The notes under the pieces were generated by a model. The model made no database searches, was not told the origin of the DNA, and worked only from the letters and a program-made list of their open reading frames with translations. A program made the position numbers and the translations under genes. Of a stretch of DNA of 38,752 nt, positions 19,764 through 29,121 are shown in pieces; position 1 is the stretch's first letter; each line of letters starts with the position of its first letter. The stretch comes from a virus (taxonomy: Duplodnaviria; Caudoviricetes), in the IMG/VR virus record IMGVR_UViG_3300027820_000059, positions 1 to 38,752 of that record. The stretch is one strand, 5' to 3'.

Positions 19764-20092
19764 TTTGTTGCCTCCTTCTTCTTCGCGTCATAGGCGGCGA
19801 GGGCATTAAGTTCATCGGCCCATATTTCAATCAATTCAGTGCGAGAGGTTTCGGGTTGGGCCAAGCACTTCACTTGCCCAACATAATTTAATGCAGTTTC
19901 CAACGCCTCCGCCATCGCCTTTGCGTGGGCTTCTATGTCCTTATTCCGCGCAGCAAGGGCTTCTATACGGTCGGCGGCTTCCTTTAAATCCAAATCCGCG
20001 CCAACTAATTGATGGCCGCATTGCACGTCAGAGGCCCAAGCCCGCAATCGCCTCACCAAGCCTTCATCTTCATCTGATAGGGGACTAGTCAC
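19760..20092 (-). CDS. Hypothetical coiled-coil protein (LKEAADRIEAL motif)
   Basis: GTGA overlap with the upstream stop; locally GC-richer. Confidence 0.6.
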   Translation of the reverse strand: MTSPLSDEDEGLVRRLRAWASDVQCGHQLVGADLDLKEAADRIEALAARNKDIEAHAKAMAEALETALNYVGQVKCLAQPETSRTELIEIWADELNALAAYDAKKKEATK

Positions 20093-20310
20093 AGCTTTCT
20101 TCCTGTGTAACATTGATTCGCCTCATTCCACTCAAAGCCCAAGTTACTACGAATAACATAGATTTCATTAGGTGCTTTGTTGTAATCAGAGGGAGAGTTG
20201 TATTCCTGTGTTTCTATCCAAGCTCTGTACGGCTTACCCTTCTTGCGCCAATACGTAGTGATGTCTTCGGCTAAGCGCCGTGAGGCAGCTTTGTTATTTA
20301 TGTAGTCCAT
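20089..20310 (-). CDS. Hypothetical phage protein (MDY...LA..I..YW..KG...IRSN)
   Basis: GAGGAG RBS before ATG 20310. Confidence 0.7.
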   Translation of the reverse strand: MDYINNKAASRRLAEDITTYWRKKGKPYRAWIETQEYNSPSDYNKAPNEIYVIRSNLGFEWNEANQCYTGRKL

Positions 20311-20569
20311 TGAGGTACTCCTCTGTTGCGTTCTTACAAGTATCCAAATAATTAAAAGCACTAAAATAGGAGAAGATAGGCGATGAGTAGTCTTTACTCA
20401 TTTGGTTCCAGTTATTAAAGAAACGTCTTCGTACTGGTGTTCCTAAACATTTGTTCATAAATAGCTCCTTTTATTGACATTAAGGTACTTGGGAATAGCT
20501 GGGAGGATACATTAGTACCCCATAGGTTTCCACCAATCTCCCAATCTGTAGCACGTATAACAAGATCCC

Positions 20570-20926
20570 CTAAACTTTGCATCTAAACCTCCTGAATATT
20601 GCAGCCACTGTGTCTTCTTGCATAGCAGCCAAGTTACATACCTCTGCAAAATCACCTGTCTGTACCATGTCCCCATACTCGTCTTCTATAGGTTTATCGT
20701 AGAGCCAAGCTGAGACTTCATAGAAGTCCTTGCCAACCTCATTGGGACCTTTGATATAGTCTAGTAGGGACCGATCTAGTACGGCTCTGAATAGTCTTGG
20801 AAACTCGTCTGACTCGGCAGCTTCGGGTATCGGCGCTCTTTGGAAGAGGCCCTTGTGGGCTACGATGTACTCAATTTCTTTATGACTAAAGCCTACGACT
20901 AGACTAGTCTCAGCACTAAGATTCAC
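20570..20926 (-). CDS. Hypothetical protein
   Basis: 118-aa ORF with GTG start (LFRAVL...DY...W...F..VC). Confidence 0.6.
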   Translation of the reverse strand: MNLSAETSLVVGFSHKEIEYIVAHKGLFQRAPIPEAAESDEFPRLFRAVLDRSLLDYIKGPNEVGKDFYEVSAWLYDKPIEDEYGDMVQTGDFAEVCNLAAMQEDTVAAIFRRFRCKV

Positions 20927-21045
20927 AGAAGGTATCCTTTGACATATCTAAGATTTCTTCTAGTTGTGTGTCAGTTAGTTGGTACCCTATTTCTCCTTCG
21001 CTATCGACCCAGAAGTAGTCGTCTACGAGGGCCATTAGGAACTCT

Positions 21046-21387
21046 TTAAGATTGTCCTTCTGTTCCTGTGTCATTAGGTATTTCCTTTGTTAGCATTGAT
21101 ATGTAGTCAGCTAAGGTAAGTACTACGAGAGGTTCCGATCTATCCCTTGCCACGACCAGTAAATCGTTCCCCTCAATCCAGCCGTACAACTGCGTAAAGC
21201 CCCTAGCTCTTTTCTTGCATTCGATAAGACGGAGCCCCATGGGTGTAGATAATTTGATGTCCCCGCAGAAGGATCCCCCAGCAGCGCCTGAGAGAGGAAC
21301 CCGTTGTGCGGGAATATCAGAGTCATTGAATCTTTTGACAATTTCTCTTTCAAATCTTGCTCCTTTGTCTCTACTAGGCTTTCCCAC
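21046..21387 (-). CDS. Hjc-type Holliday junction resolvase (PD-(D/E)xK)
   Basis: SRDKGARFEREI, RVPLSGA, GDI, IECK. Confidence 0.85.
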   Translation of the reverse strand: MGKPSRDKGARFEREIVKRFNDSDIPAQRVPLSGAAGGSFCGDIKLSTPMGLRLIECKKRARGFTQLYGWIEGNDLLVVARDRSEPLVVLTLADYISMLTKEIPNDTGTEGQS

Positions 21388-21554
21388 TAGGTATCGTACT
21401 CCGTCTCAGTCCAAGTCTTGTTTGTCTTAAAATTGCGGTATTCCCAGTCCAAGTAGTCACCACCATATCTTACAAGGCGTCTTTCAATTGAATAGCTATT
21501 CCATGGGTTCCACTCTCTGAGTTTACGATATAGCTTTTTATCTTCGGAAGTCAT
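21387..21554 (-). CDS. Small hypothetical protein (55 aa)
   Basis: MTSEDKKLYRKLREWNPW...; its stop overlaps the resolvase start. Confidence 0.5.
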   Translation of the reverse strand: MTSEDKKLYRKLREWNPWNSYSIERRLVRYGGDYLDWEYRNFKTNKTWTETEYDT

Positions 21555-21570
21555 TGGATTATCCAAGGTA

Positions 21571-22446
21571 TTATCCTTTGATCTTGTCCTTGTATCCTGC
21601 GGTTACATCAGCAACCTTGGGTTCTCTAGCCACCTCTGTAAGATACTCTACCTTACCTGAGTACTGGAAGGCTCTAAGGTTATCCCAGCAATCAAATTTA
21701 AAGGGACAGAAGACACAAGGCATAGCTAGCTTACGATTACCATTATTCTTGGCATTCTTATACTGAGGTTCATCAGGGTAACACCGTTCAGGGGGTGTCT
21801 CGTCCTCCAAGAAATCCCTTACATGTTCCACTCTTTTCTCTGTGTTAGAAATGAAGATATCGGGGACACGTAGAAGAGCAAGTTCACCTCTGTTCTTATT
21901 GATGGTAAGGAATGCAGCCTCAGTTTTACCTAAGGCATTAGCATATCCTGATATTTGTTCAATGTACCCAAAGGGGTCATCCCCTCTCAGCAGAGAACCA
22001 TCAGAGAACTTCTGGAACCCGTACTGAGAGGCAGACTTAACGTCCACAGGAACATCATCAATGCAGCAGTCCAAGTGGCCAACAACGCCACTAACTGATA
22101 CCTCGTCTTGTTCATGTGTTACTTTATGTCCAGCTTCTCTGACTAGAAAAAGGAGGAGCTCCTCAAGGATATGTCCGTAGAGGAAATTAATGTAATTATC
22201 CGCAGTCAGACTCCTAGAGGACTTAGAGGGCATCTTGAAAGAATACCAAAGCTTTCGATCTGGAGTCCCTAAGTTAGACATCCTGAGCGTTGTTTGCTGG
22301 TCGGAACCGGCTTCCTTCACAGCTTTACGGAGCACTTCCTTGCAGTTCGACGCGAACAGATCAAGGTTCTCTTCGGTAACTTCATGTGTATTCTCAAAGA
22401 TACCATAGATATCAGAGAGGAGACTCCCCAAGTTTTTCTTAGTCAC
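21571..22446 (-). CDS. PD-(D/E)xK exonuclease (Cas4/RecB-like)
   Basis: LRMSNLG, GHILE, GHLD, DVKS, Q...Y, C..C.FK..CW. Confidence 0.85.
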   Translation of the reverse strand: MTKKNLGSLLSDIYGIFENTHEVTEENLDLFASNCKEVLRKAVKEAGSDQQTTLRMSNLGTPDRKLWYSFKMPSKSSRSLTADNYINFLYGHILEELLLFLVREAGHKVTHEQDEVSVSGVVGHLDCCIDDVPVDVKSASQYGFQKFSDGSLLRGDDPFGYIEQISGYANALGKTEAAFLTINKNRGELALLRVPDIFISNTEKRVEHVRDFLEDETPPERCYPDEPQYKNAKNNGNRKLAMPCVFCPFKFDCWDNLRAFQYSGKVEYLTEVAREPKVADVTAGYKDKIKG

Positions 22447-22459
22447 TGGATTTCCTTAG

Positions 22460-22936
22460 TTAAGCAGAGGCTTCGTAAGTAAAACCTTCTTCTTCATCAA
22501 AGATATTATCGTCTTCGTCTTTCTCGTAGACTTTAAGATCAAGGACTTGGATAGCAGACAGGTTCAACCTAGTACCTTTGTTCGTCTTGCCATAGTCGTA
22601 GGGGAAGGTCGTGTAGTATACCTTGGCCCTTGTACCATTACCAAGGAGCAAATCGTGGGGAAGTTCATTCCCTTTTGCGTCCACAACTTTCAAAGGGTAC
22701 TTGACAAAGTTTGTCTTCATACGCACGTAGTTGTCCATGATATGCTCACCGTCTGGTTCATACCAACGGATAGGCTGGGAATCAGACGCAGCCTCTTTAT
22801 CAATCACGGCAGGATCATCGGGAACAAAGCAAACTTGGAGGTTATCTCCCGGAGTCTTTTCAGGACCTCGATCAGGATTCTTGTAATCCACTCTGGCCCA
22901 ATAGATTAGGCCCACTGCACTGTTTTGGTCACTCAT
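22460..22936 (-). CDS. ssDNA-binding protein (T7 gp2.5-like)
   Basis: VVD.KG....LGNGT, L.AIQV.DL and an acidic aromatic C-tail; lies between the polymerase and exonuclease. Confidence 0.75.
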   Translation of the reverse strand: MSDQNSAVGLIYWARVDYKNPDRGPEKTPGDNLQVCFVPDDPAVIDKEAASDSQPIRWYEPDGEHIMDNYVRMKTNFVKYPLKVVDAKGNELPHDLLLGNGTRAKVYYTTFPYDYGKTNKGTRLNLSAIQVLDLKVYEKDEDDNIFDEEEGFTYEASA

Positions 22937-22955
22937 ACTTTTCTCCTTAGTTCGG

Positions 22956-23087
22956 CTAGTTCAGGTAATTTACGACAGCTTGGAACAAAATAAGTGCAGC
23001 GACGACACCAATCCCAATCTGTACAAACAAGTGAAGACTATTCCAAGCCCTCACTACTTTATCGCTGATTGCTTTGAAAAACGACAT
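22956..23087 (-). CDS. 43-aa single-TM protein
   Basis: AAGGAG RBS; LFVQIGIGVVAALILFQAVV. Confidence 0.55.
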   Translation of the reverse strand: MSFFKAISDKVVRAWNSLHLFVQIGIGVVAALILFQAVVNYLN

Positions 23088-23134
23088 GCTTTTCTCCTTC
23101 TAATTTCCCTAGTGTCATAGTGAGCTAGGGATTC

Positions 23135-23452
23135 TCACTCGTCTTCCCAATGAGCCTGTCTAATCTTTGTCAGGCGTTCTTGGAAATCTAGTACCACACT
23201 TTGTGTGTCATTGTCAACCTCGACTATTGATGTGGAATACCCAGAAAAGTCTGCGGGGCCTTCCTCTTCGTCAAAGTCCTCTTGCCACATTTCGGCAAAG
23301 AACTCTTGGAGATAGTCGTGTGTATCAACGTCATAGGTATCCTCGCACTCCGAAGAAATCTCTAAGGCGTAGCTTATAGCATTGACTTCATCTTGTGTCA
23401 AGTCCATGTTGTATATTACCTCTCCATCTTTAGTACGTTTAATTTTAGCCAT
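23135..23452 (-). CDS. Highly acidic hypothetical protein
   Basis: GGAGG RBS; 105 aa, D/E-rich. Confidence 0.7.
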   Translation of the reverse strand: MAKIKRTKDGEVIYNMDLTQDEVNAISYALEISSECEDTYDVDTHDYLQEFFAEMWQEDFDEEEGPADFSGYSTSIVEVDNDTQSVVLDFQERLTKIRQAHWEDE

Positions 23453-23480
23453 TCTGGGCCTCCCATAGGATACCCTATGC

Positions 23481-25304
23481 CTAGTGGGTATCAGCCCAAG
23501 TATACCCCACTTTGTAGTCCCCTGCCAAAGGGCACTTAGACCCTAGGACTTCCCCCGCTTCCTTGAAGAGATCTTTAAGGGTATCGCCTAGCTCTTGCGC
23601 GTTATCCTTGTGTACCTCTATCTGGAACTCGTCATGTACCATATTCCTCTGGGCAAACCAGTGAGGGAACCTGTCATGGTACTCCCTGAGGACCCACTTC
23701 ATTACGATGGCTTCAAAAGATTGTAGTCCTGTGCTAAGAGCCAAATGAGCAGAAGGAATAAATATCCTGCGACCATCCAAAGCAATATAATTACTCGTTT
23801 TTCCGTAATTTTCAAAGGTTTGCTTAACATTGCCAAGAAAAGGCATACGACTAAGAAAGCGTTTATTGGTGTCACGTCCATCTTTCTTTGTTCCTCCTAA
23901 GATTGCACCTAGTTTAGCTGGTCCAGCATTGAGTAGCCATGCGTAGATAAAGGTCTTAGCTGTATTCCTGTCACAACCAAGGACTTCTGCGTGAACGGCA
24001 TGGGGGTCTTCGTTAACAACTTGGTGGATATAACCCTTGTCCCCTGCATAGTGCGCCAGAGCCCTTAGCTGGATGCCTGAGGCGTCTGCTCCAACTAGGA
24101 CATGGTTAGCTCTATCATCAACAGTCCAGCACTCACGGCTCTCCCTACCGTACATAGAGCCTATACGAGCTACGTTACCCATGTTAGGTTTGTTGTGGGA
24201 CATTCTATGGGTACGAGTCCCTAGGGTAATAACGCTACCATGTACGTAGTTATCCTCGTCCTTAAGGTCTAGCCATGATTCCACCGTTGCAAGCCTGTGC
24301 TTGGTGATAAGGTATTCCCCAAGAAGCTTTACCTGAGGGGGTAACTTGTCCCCTAGTAGCTCTACGGATTCAGTGGTGAACTTGGGATTACCCTTTGGGG
24401 TGTACTCAATAGGCTCCCAGCCCAAATCCTGTAGGCGCTCTATGCGCTGCTTAGATGAGTCCAAGTTAAACTCTTGGTAAGCAATCTTGGTACAAGGACC
24501 ACCTACGACCTCAGTGGGGGTAACGTATAGTCCCTCGGTCATTAAAAAGTCGCAGAAGGATTCTAGGAACTTAAGGCCTACCTTGGATACGTCACCAGCC
24601 TTTGTGTACTTAGGTGCAAAGTCATCTACCTTGATGGCCTTGGTATGGAAGACAGATAGAATTTCATCGGTAAGCTCCCTATGTTTAATACTAAGCAGTT
24701 CATGGAGAGCCTTGGATTTAACAGGGTCAAGGTAGAAACCATTGTCTGTCTGTTGTAGCATGATCTCTTGGACACGTTGTTCCAAGTTGAAAGCGTCCCA
24801 AGGGAACTGTGTTCTCTCTGCCTTAGCCATGAGTAATCGGTATATCTTTGTTTGTATCCTTACGTCTGTGATACACCTACGCATCATAGGCCAAGAGAAG
24901 TAGTCCCAAGTCTCATGCTTAGGTTTCTTTACACCGAATAGTTCACCGTAGAACTCTACGCTATGCTTAGGGCGTTCAATGGAAATAACCCTAGATAGAA
25001 TTAAAGTGTCAACAATACTGCTAAGAGGCAGGTTGATGCCAAGACATACTCGTAGTACTTTGCGGTCGAAGCCGATTCCATTGTGCATAATAACTTTTTG
25101 TACATTGTTGTCCTCCATCCATTGTTCAAAGTCAGATATTAGGTGTATATGGTACTTGGCAAGGTCCTTAGCGATACCGTAGCTCTTGGCCTTCTCAGTA
25201 ATAAACAGGTGTGTTTCCTTGGTGTCTAAGACATACGCACACATACAGTGGATCTTGGTGAAATCCAAGCCATCAGTTTCTATGTCCAAGATGATCTTAG
25301 TCAT
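23481..25304 (-). CDS. polA: Family A DNA polymerase (T7-like, with 3'-5' exonuclease)
   Basis: DIETDG, HNGIGFD, motif A DASGIQLR, motif B AKTFIY, motif C VHDEFQ. Confidence 0.95.
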   Translation of the reverse strand: MTKIILDIETDGLDFTKIHCMCAYVLDTKETHLFITEKAKSYGIAKDLAKYHIHLISDFEQWMEDNNVQKVIMHNGIGFDRKVLRVCLGINLPLSSIVDTLILSRVISIERPKHSVEFYGELFGVKKPKHETWDYFSWPMMRRCITDVRIQTKIYRLLMAKAERTQFPWDAFNLEQRVQEIMLQQTDNGFYLDPVKSKALHELLSIKHRELTDEILSVFHTKAIKVDDFAPKYTKAGDVSKVGLKFLESFCDFLMTEGLYVTPTEVVGGPCTKIAYQEFNLDSSKQRIERLQDLGWEPIEYTPKGNPKFTTESVELLGDKLPPQVKLLGEYLITKHRLATVESWLDLKDEDNYVHGSVITLGTRTHRMSHNKPNMGNVARIGSMYGRESRECWTVDDRANHVLVGADASGIQLRALAHYAGDKGYIHQVVNEDPHAVHAEVLGCDRNTAKTFIYAWLLNAGPAKLGAILGGTKKDGRDTNKRFLSRMPFLGNVKQTFENYGKTSNYIALDGRRIFIPSAHLALSTGLQSFEAIVMKWVLREYHDRFPHWFAQRNMVHDEFQIEVHKDNAQELGDTLKDLFKEAGEVLGSKCPLAGDYKVGYTWADTH

Positions 25305-25485
25305 TTAGTGTACCACTGTGAACTACCCTAACAACAAAAAAGGAACTATGGAATATTCGCTGTTCAACAGCTCTATGTGCCTCACGTAGAGTATCTGTCC
25401 TAAACCCATTTAAAAGCAGCGTTTCTGTTCTAGTGTACGGCATTGAGCCTAGTATCAATTTCATCATGAGTACCTCCAATTTCAA
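25297..25485 (-). CDS. Small hypothetical protein
   Basis: GGAGG RBS suggests a start at the internal MMKL; stop overlaps the pol start. Confidence 0.5.
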   Translation of the reverse strand: MKLEVLMMKLILGSMPYTRTETLLLNGFRTDTLREAHRAVEQRIFHSSFFVVRVVHSGTLND

Positions 25486-25497
25486 GCATTTCTTTAG

Positions 25498-25710
25498 TCA
25501 TCTAAACACCCTTTCTTTCGTATACATAGCGATATCCCAAGAATAGTACTCAACTGGTTTAATAAGGTACTTATATGTATTTTCGTACTCAGGAAATGGA
25601 TTTCTAATAAATTTTGGGCCTACTTGTGGAAATAGGGCTATAAACATCTCCCTAGTGTATGCCCTAGGAAAAATAGGTTTCATGTTAATCCTCCTCGAAG
25701 TTATTCTCAA
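25498..25710 (-). CDS. Small hypothetical protein (likely start MKPIF, 25683)
   Basis: GAGGAGG RBS in the helicase tail. Confidence 0.55.
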   Translation of the reverse strand: MRITSRRINMKPIFPRAYTREMFIALFPQVGPKFIRNPFPEYENTYKYLIKPVEYYSWDIAMYTKERVFR

Positions 25711-27445
25711 TGAGTAACATGGCTTCCACAGGGTCAGGTGTCTGAAGAATCTTCTCGTAATGCTCGTCGGTCAACTCTGACATAGTACCAGCACTCTTCT
25801 TGTAAATCAAGCGGGTAGCTGGGCCTGTCTCACCGGATAGCCTAGACTTGAGGACACGTATATTGGTAATGTTACGTAGAGCAGGGTTATCATCCTGTCC
25901 ATTGCGCTCCAAGCCAAGCACTGTATCACTTAGCTGGTAAATAGACCCGGCACCTCTGGCATGACTTAGTTTTACTCTGCCACCTTCTTCGTGTGGCGTA
26001 CCCTCGTTACCCTTGGTCAAGTGGGAGATAGCAATGCAGGTAAACTCTAACTCATTGATAAGGGCGCGTAGCTTGGTCATAAGTTCGTCAATGGTCTGTC
26101 TCTCGTTGCCCCCATGAGTACCACCGGATAACAGGATACTGATGTGGTCAAAGAGAATCACCTTGGCACCAAAGTTGGCAACCATGTACCGCATGTTGTC
26201 TATGAGGGAGTCAACAGTGTTAGAACCCCACTGGTCCCAGAATATCCAACTGTTATCCGCAAAGACTTGCTCCCATGACTTACCCCAATCTTCCTTGTCC
26301 GTTTCATCCCAGATATGAGGAAGCATCAAGTTCCTATTCATGTTCATACCTGTAAGAATTCTAACTGTCTTACGCTTGTTCTCTTCTAGGAAGATACCAC
26401 CAATCTTATCAGTACCAACGAAGGGTTCCATGGTGTTCTTCAAGTGAAGCCCTAGGCCCTTCATAAAGGTTGACTTGCCTAGACCTGAACCTGAGAGGAT
26501 GGTTATGAGTTCACCAGCAGAGGAAATACCATAGAGCATATCATTGAGTCCCTTGTACGGGTACGGGATAAGCCTCTCAGGGTCTTCCTCTAAGAACTTT
26601 AAGGTATTGACACCAAGGATCATGCCTTGTCTAGTAATGGGTGCAGCGATCTGCACAGCAAACAAGAAGTCCTTAGTCTGATTCTTTGTCAGGTAGTCGT
26701 TGGCATCCTTGTGTCCTCTCTCGATATTGACCATGCTCACCTTCTCAGGTGGGAATATCTGAGAGAAATTCTTAGCTGCCCTAACACCATGTTCATCTGC
26801 ATCAAAACATAGGTATATCTGTTCAAACTTATCCAAGTACTCTTTCTGGAAGTCGTTGATCTTGATATCCTTGGCACCATTCTTGATGGACACTACGGGC
26901 ATCTCAAGCTTAGTGCCTTTGAGCATCTGGTATGCGGACATGGCATCAATCTCACCCTCGGTAATCATAACCTTGCGGCTAGACCTAAAGGCGGCATGTT
27001 GTCCGAAGAACCCTGCGTCCCTTGCTGCTGTTGGACTAGTCTTTGTCCACTTGAAGTTCTTATTAGGCAATCTTGTTTTCAGAGCAACTGGTTCTTCTTC
27101 GTCCTTGGCGTACAAGGGAAAGAAATACATACCATTCTTCTCAGTAACACCGTAGAATTTCTGAGCCCAAGGCTGTAGTCCTCGCCAAGTAATCTTAGGC
27201 TCGTCGAAGGATGGAATGGACATAACAATATTAGAGGTATTCTCTTTGAATTTCTCGGAGCCCTTATGCTCCTTTAGATACTCCTTGGCTTCTTCCTCAG
27301 AGAAGACAGCCTTGCAAGAATTTGAGTAACAGATACCGTAGAATCTACCTTCTTCTTCAGAGTCTGCATAGAGAGCGAAGGCATCACTGCTGTCACAGGC
27401 AGGGCAAGGTAAATGCGTTGCCACCTGTACACCGTATTGGGACAT
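25685..27445 (-). CDS. T7 gp4-like primase-helicase
   Basis: Zn finger CPAC...CYSNSC, TOPRIM EGEIDA/FDAD.G/KDAND, Walker A GSGLGKST, DHISI, SHL, LKSR.SGETG. Confidence 0.95.
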   Translation of the reverse strand: MSQYGVQVATHLPCPACDSSDAFALYADSEEEGRFYGICYSNSCKAVFSEEEAKEYLKEHKGSEKFKENTSNIVMSIPSFDEPKITWRGLQPWAQKFYGVTEKNGMYFFPLYAKDEEEPVALKTRLPNKNFKWTKTSPTAARDAGFFGQHAAFRSSRKVMITEGEIDAMSAYQMLKGTKLEMPVVSIKNGAKDIKINDFQKEYLDKFEQIYLCFDADEHGVRAAKNFSQIFPPEKVSMVNIERGHKDANDYLTKNQTKDFLFAVQIAAPITRQGMILGVNTLKFLEEDPERLIPYPYKGLNDMLYGISSAGELITILSGSGLGKSTFMKGLGLHLKNTMEPFVGTDKIGGIFLEENKRKTVRILTGMNMNRNLMLPHIWDETDKEDWGKSWEQVFADNSWIFWDQWGSNTVDSLIDNMRYMVANFGAKVILFDHISILLSGGTHGGNERQTIDELMTKLRALINELEFTCIAISHLTKGNEGTPHEEGGRVKLSHARGAGSIYQLSDTVLGLERNGQDDNPALRNITNIRVLKSRLSGETGPATRLIYKKSAGTMSELTDEHYEKILQTPDPVEAMLLIENNFEED

Positions 27446-27455
27446 TTAAGTCTCC

Positions 27456-27716
27456 TTAGAGCTTGGAAAGTTTCCTTGTGTAGCTAGAGATAAGCTTCTT
27501 GTCTCGGTTACGAGTTAGTTTACCTCTGCTCTTAAGGGACAGGGCAAGCCATAAGATATTACAGACATCAAATAGCAAGCCTATCCTTGTATTGTTTTGA
27601 TTCTTACGCAAAGCATCTTCTAGTCTAATCTCGTAGACTAGGACAACACGTTCAATGATATCCTCACTGGTGGACAGAAAGGAATCTTGTATGTATGGTT
27701 TGTCCTTGGGAAACAT
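27456..27716 (-). CDS. Hypothetical protein
   Basis: 86-aa ORF directly upstream of the primase. Confidence 0.5.
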   Translation of the reverse strand: MFPKDKPYIQDSFLSTSEDIIERVVLVYEIRLEDALRKNQNNTRIGLLFDVCNILWLALSLKSRGKLTRNRDKKLISSYTRKLSKL

Positions 27717-27797
27717 TAGAAAATGCCGATGGTAATCGCTAAGGCAAAGAGAATCAAGAGGAATGTAAAGGGATTGTTCAAAGGACTTGACCTTGTT

Positions 27798-27923
27798 ATC
27801 TAAGTGTATCTAAGATATACCCTTAGATCTTAAAACACCTATACTAACTAAGTTCTATCTAAGATATATCTAAGTAGTACTTAAGGTAGATTAGGTGAAT
27901 ATATGATCCTAGGTTAATCTAAG
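27798..27923. repeat. AT-rich ATCTAAG iteron-like array, candidate replication origin
   Basis: ATCTAAG at 27798, 27808, 27857, 27868 and 27917; inverted copy at 27822; non-coding. Confidence 0.55.
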
Positions 27924-27927
27924 ATAA

Positions 27928-27956
27928 ACCATATCACATATCTTAACCGAAGTCAA
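27928..27956 (-). promoter_or_regulatory. Sigma70-type promoter for the replication module
   Basis: TTGACT-17 nt-(TG)nTATGGT. Confidence 0.6.
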
Positions 27957-28333
27957 GCTGTCTTAAGGTTCTCTTTTTGTGCTTCTTTTTCCTCGGGATT
28001 ACCCTTGTTTTCATCTTGTGTATTCTTGTCCCCCTTGACCTTAGCAGACTTGGGGGCCTTCTTATTACTCTTTTCTTCTTCATGGTAGTCCCCTGTTATG
28101 AGGATACAAAGCTCTTTTTCAGGTAGATTGATTTCCTTGACAATATCTGCCATAGGGTCATCAGATGGCTTAGCCCTAACCTTCATGTAGGCCTCGTATT
28201 CTTTCCTGTTAAGCTGAACGATATGGTCTTCTCTATCACCTCGTATGTAGAGATCAACTGTAGTCTCTGCCATGGCTGGTTTTTGCCATTCTTCGTGTCT
28301 AATTAAGGGCCATTCAAAGGGTTCTTCAAGCAT
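27953..28333 (-). CDS. Hypothetical protein with charged tail
   Basis: Overlaps the upstream stop; AAGGA RBS. Confidence 0.6.
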   Translation of the reverse strand: MLEEPFEWPLIRHEEWQKPAMAETTVDLYIRGDREDHIVQLNRKEYEAYMKVRAKPSDDPMADIVKEINLPEKELCILITGDYHEEEKSNKKAPKSAKVKGDKNTQDENKGNPEEKEAQKENLKTA

Positions 28334-28520
28334 ACCTATGTTCCTTTAGTATTCTATTAAGTTCTATGGCTGTGTTTTCACAGGCCTTTGCATACGCTTC
28401 ATCACTAAGGATACTCTGATCTTTGGCTTCGTCCTCCAAACTCATTTGTAGTTCCTTGAGATCTTGGATTAAGATATAGTGTTCCAAGTCCACTGTAAAG
28501 TTATCATCATCAGCTTTCAT
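28326..28520 (-). CDS. Small acidic hypothetical protein
   Basis: AAGGAG RBS before MKADDD. Confidence 0.6.
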   Translation of the reverse strand: MKADDDNFTVDLEHYILIQDLKELQMSLEDEAKDQSILSDEAYAKACENTAIELNRILKEHRYA

Positions 28521-28671
28521 CAGAGTCTCCTTCAACAAACATTGTAACACAGATACTAACATGTGCCACCGAGTCCATGTTTAATAGGTGTCCAAGATTA
28601 ACCCAACCGCCAGTTGCGTTAAACATTGGTCTTTCTAGTCTCTCCCATATACTAACGCACATCTCATTCAT
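28510..28671 (-). CDS. Microprotein, W-x-x-[LI]-[ED]-x-P family
   Basis: MNEMCVSIWERLERPMF...; AGGAGG RBS; ATGA overlap. Confidence 0.65.
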   Translation of the reverse strand: MNEMCVSIWERLERPMFNATGGWVNLGHLLNMDSVAHVSICVTMFVEGDSDES

Positions 28672-28829
28672 TTAAGCGCCTCCTTTACTGTACTTGCGAT
28701 AAGCTCTGCTGTGGATGCGTGGCCATCAGTAACCAAAGGTCCTAAGTAGGAAAGTATTCTGTGGCGCATAACAAAGGTAACTAAGGGACCATCAATTTCC
28801 TCCCATACGTAGCGTTCTAAGGGTACCAT
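28668..28829 (-). CDS. Microprotein, same family
   Basis: MVPLERYVWEEIDGPLV... Confidence 0.6.
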   Translation of the reverse strand: MVPLERYVWEEIDGPLVTFVMRHRILSYLGPLVTDGHASTAELIASTVKEALK

Positions 28830-28975
28830 TGGTCAATCCTTAAAATATTTTCGAAATCAACAATATCCTTTATCGTATTAAGGGTGTTTGGAATAAGCAT
28901 TGGACTACGATACTCAAGGTTTATCCATATAGGCTTCTCGATCTCAGTCCACACGGTAATGGCCATCTTAATCAT
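28817..28975 (-). CDS. Microprotein, same family
   Basis: MIKMAITVWTEIEKPIW...; ATGA overlap. Confidence 0.6.
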   Translation of the reverse strand: MIKMAITVWTEIEKPIWINLEYRSPMLIPNTLNTIKDIVDFENILRIDQWYP

Positions 28976-29121
28976 CTTAACCACCCCTGTGCAAAAAATG
29001 CATTCCTAACCCGCAAAAGAGATCTTGGTTTTGTGGATAATCCAAGGGCACCACGTTTTGCTAGTGTTTTTTCTATGATGGGCCTTTCCATCTCTCGGAC
29101 TTTATTAGTTATCATATTCAT
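28972..29121 (-). CDS. Microprotein, paralog of 29118-29273
   Basis: MNMITNKVREMERPIIEKTL...QGWLR. Confidence 0.65.
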   Translation of the reverse strand: MNMITNKVREMERPIIEKTLAKRGALGLSTKPRSLLRVRNAFFAQGWLR

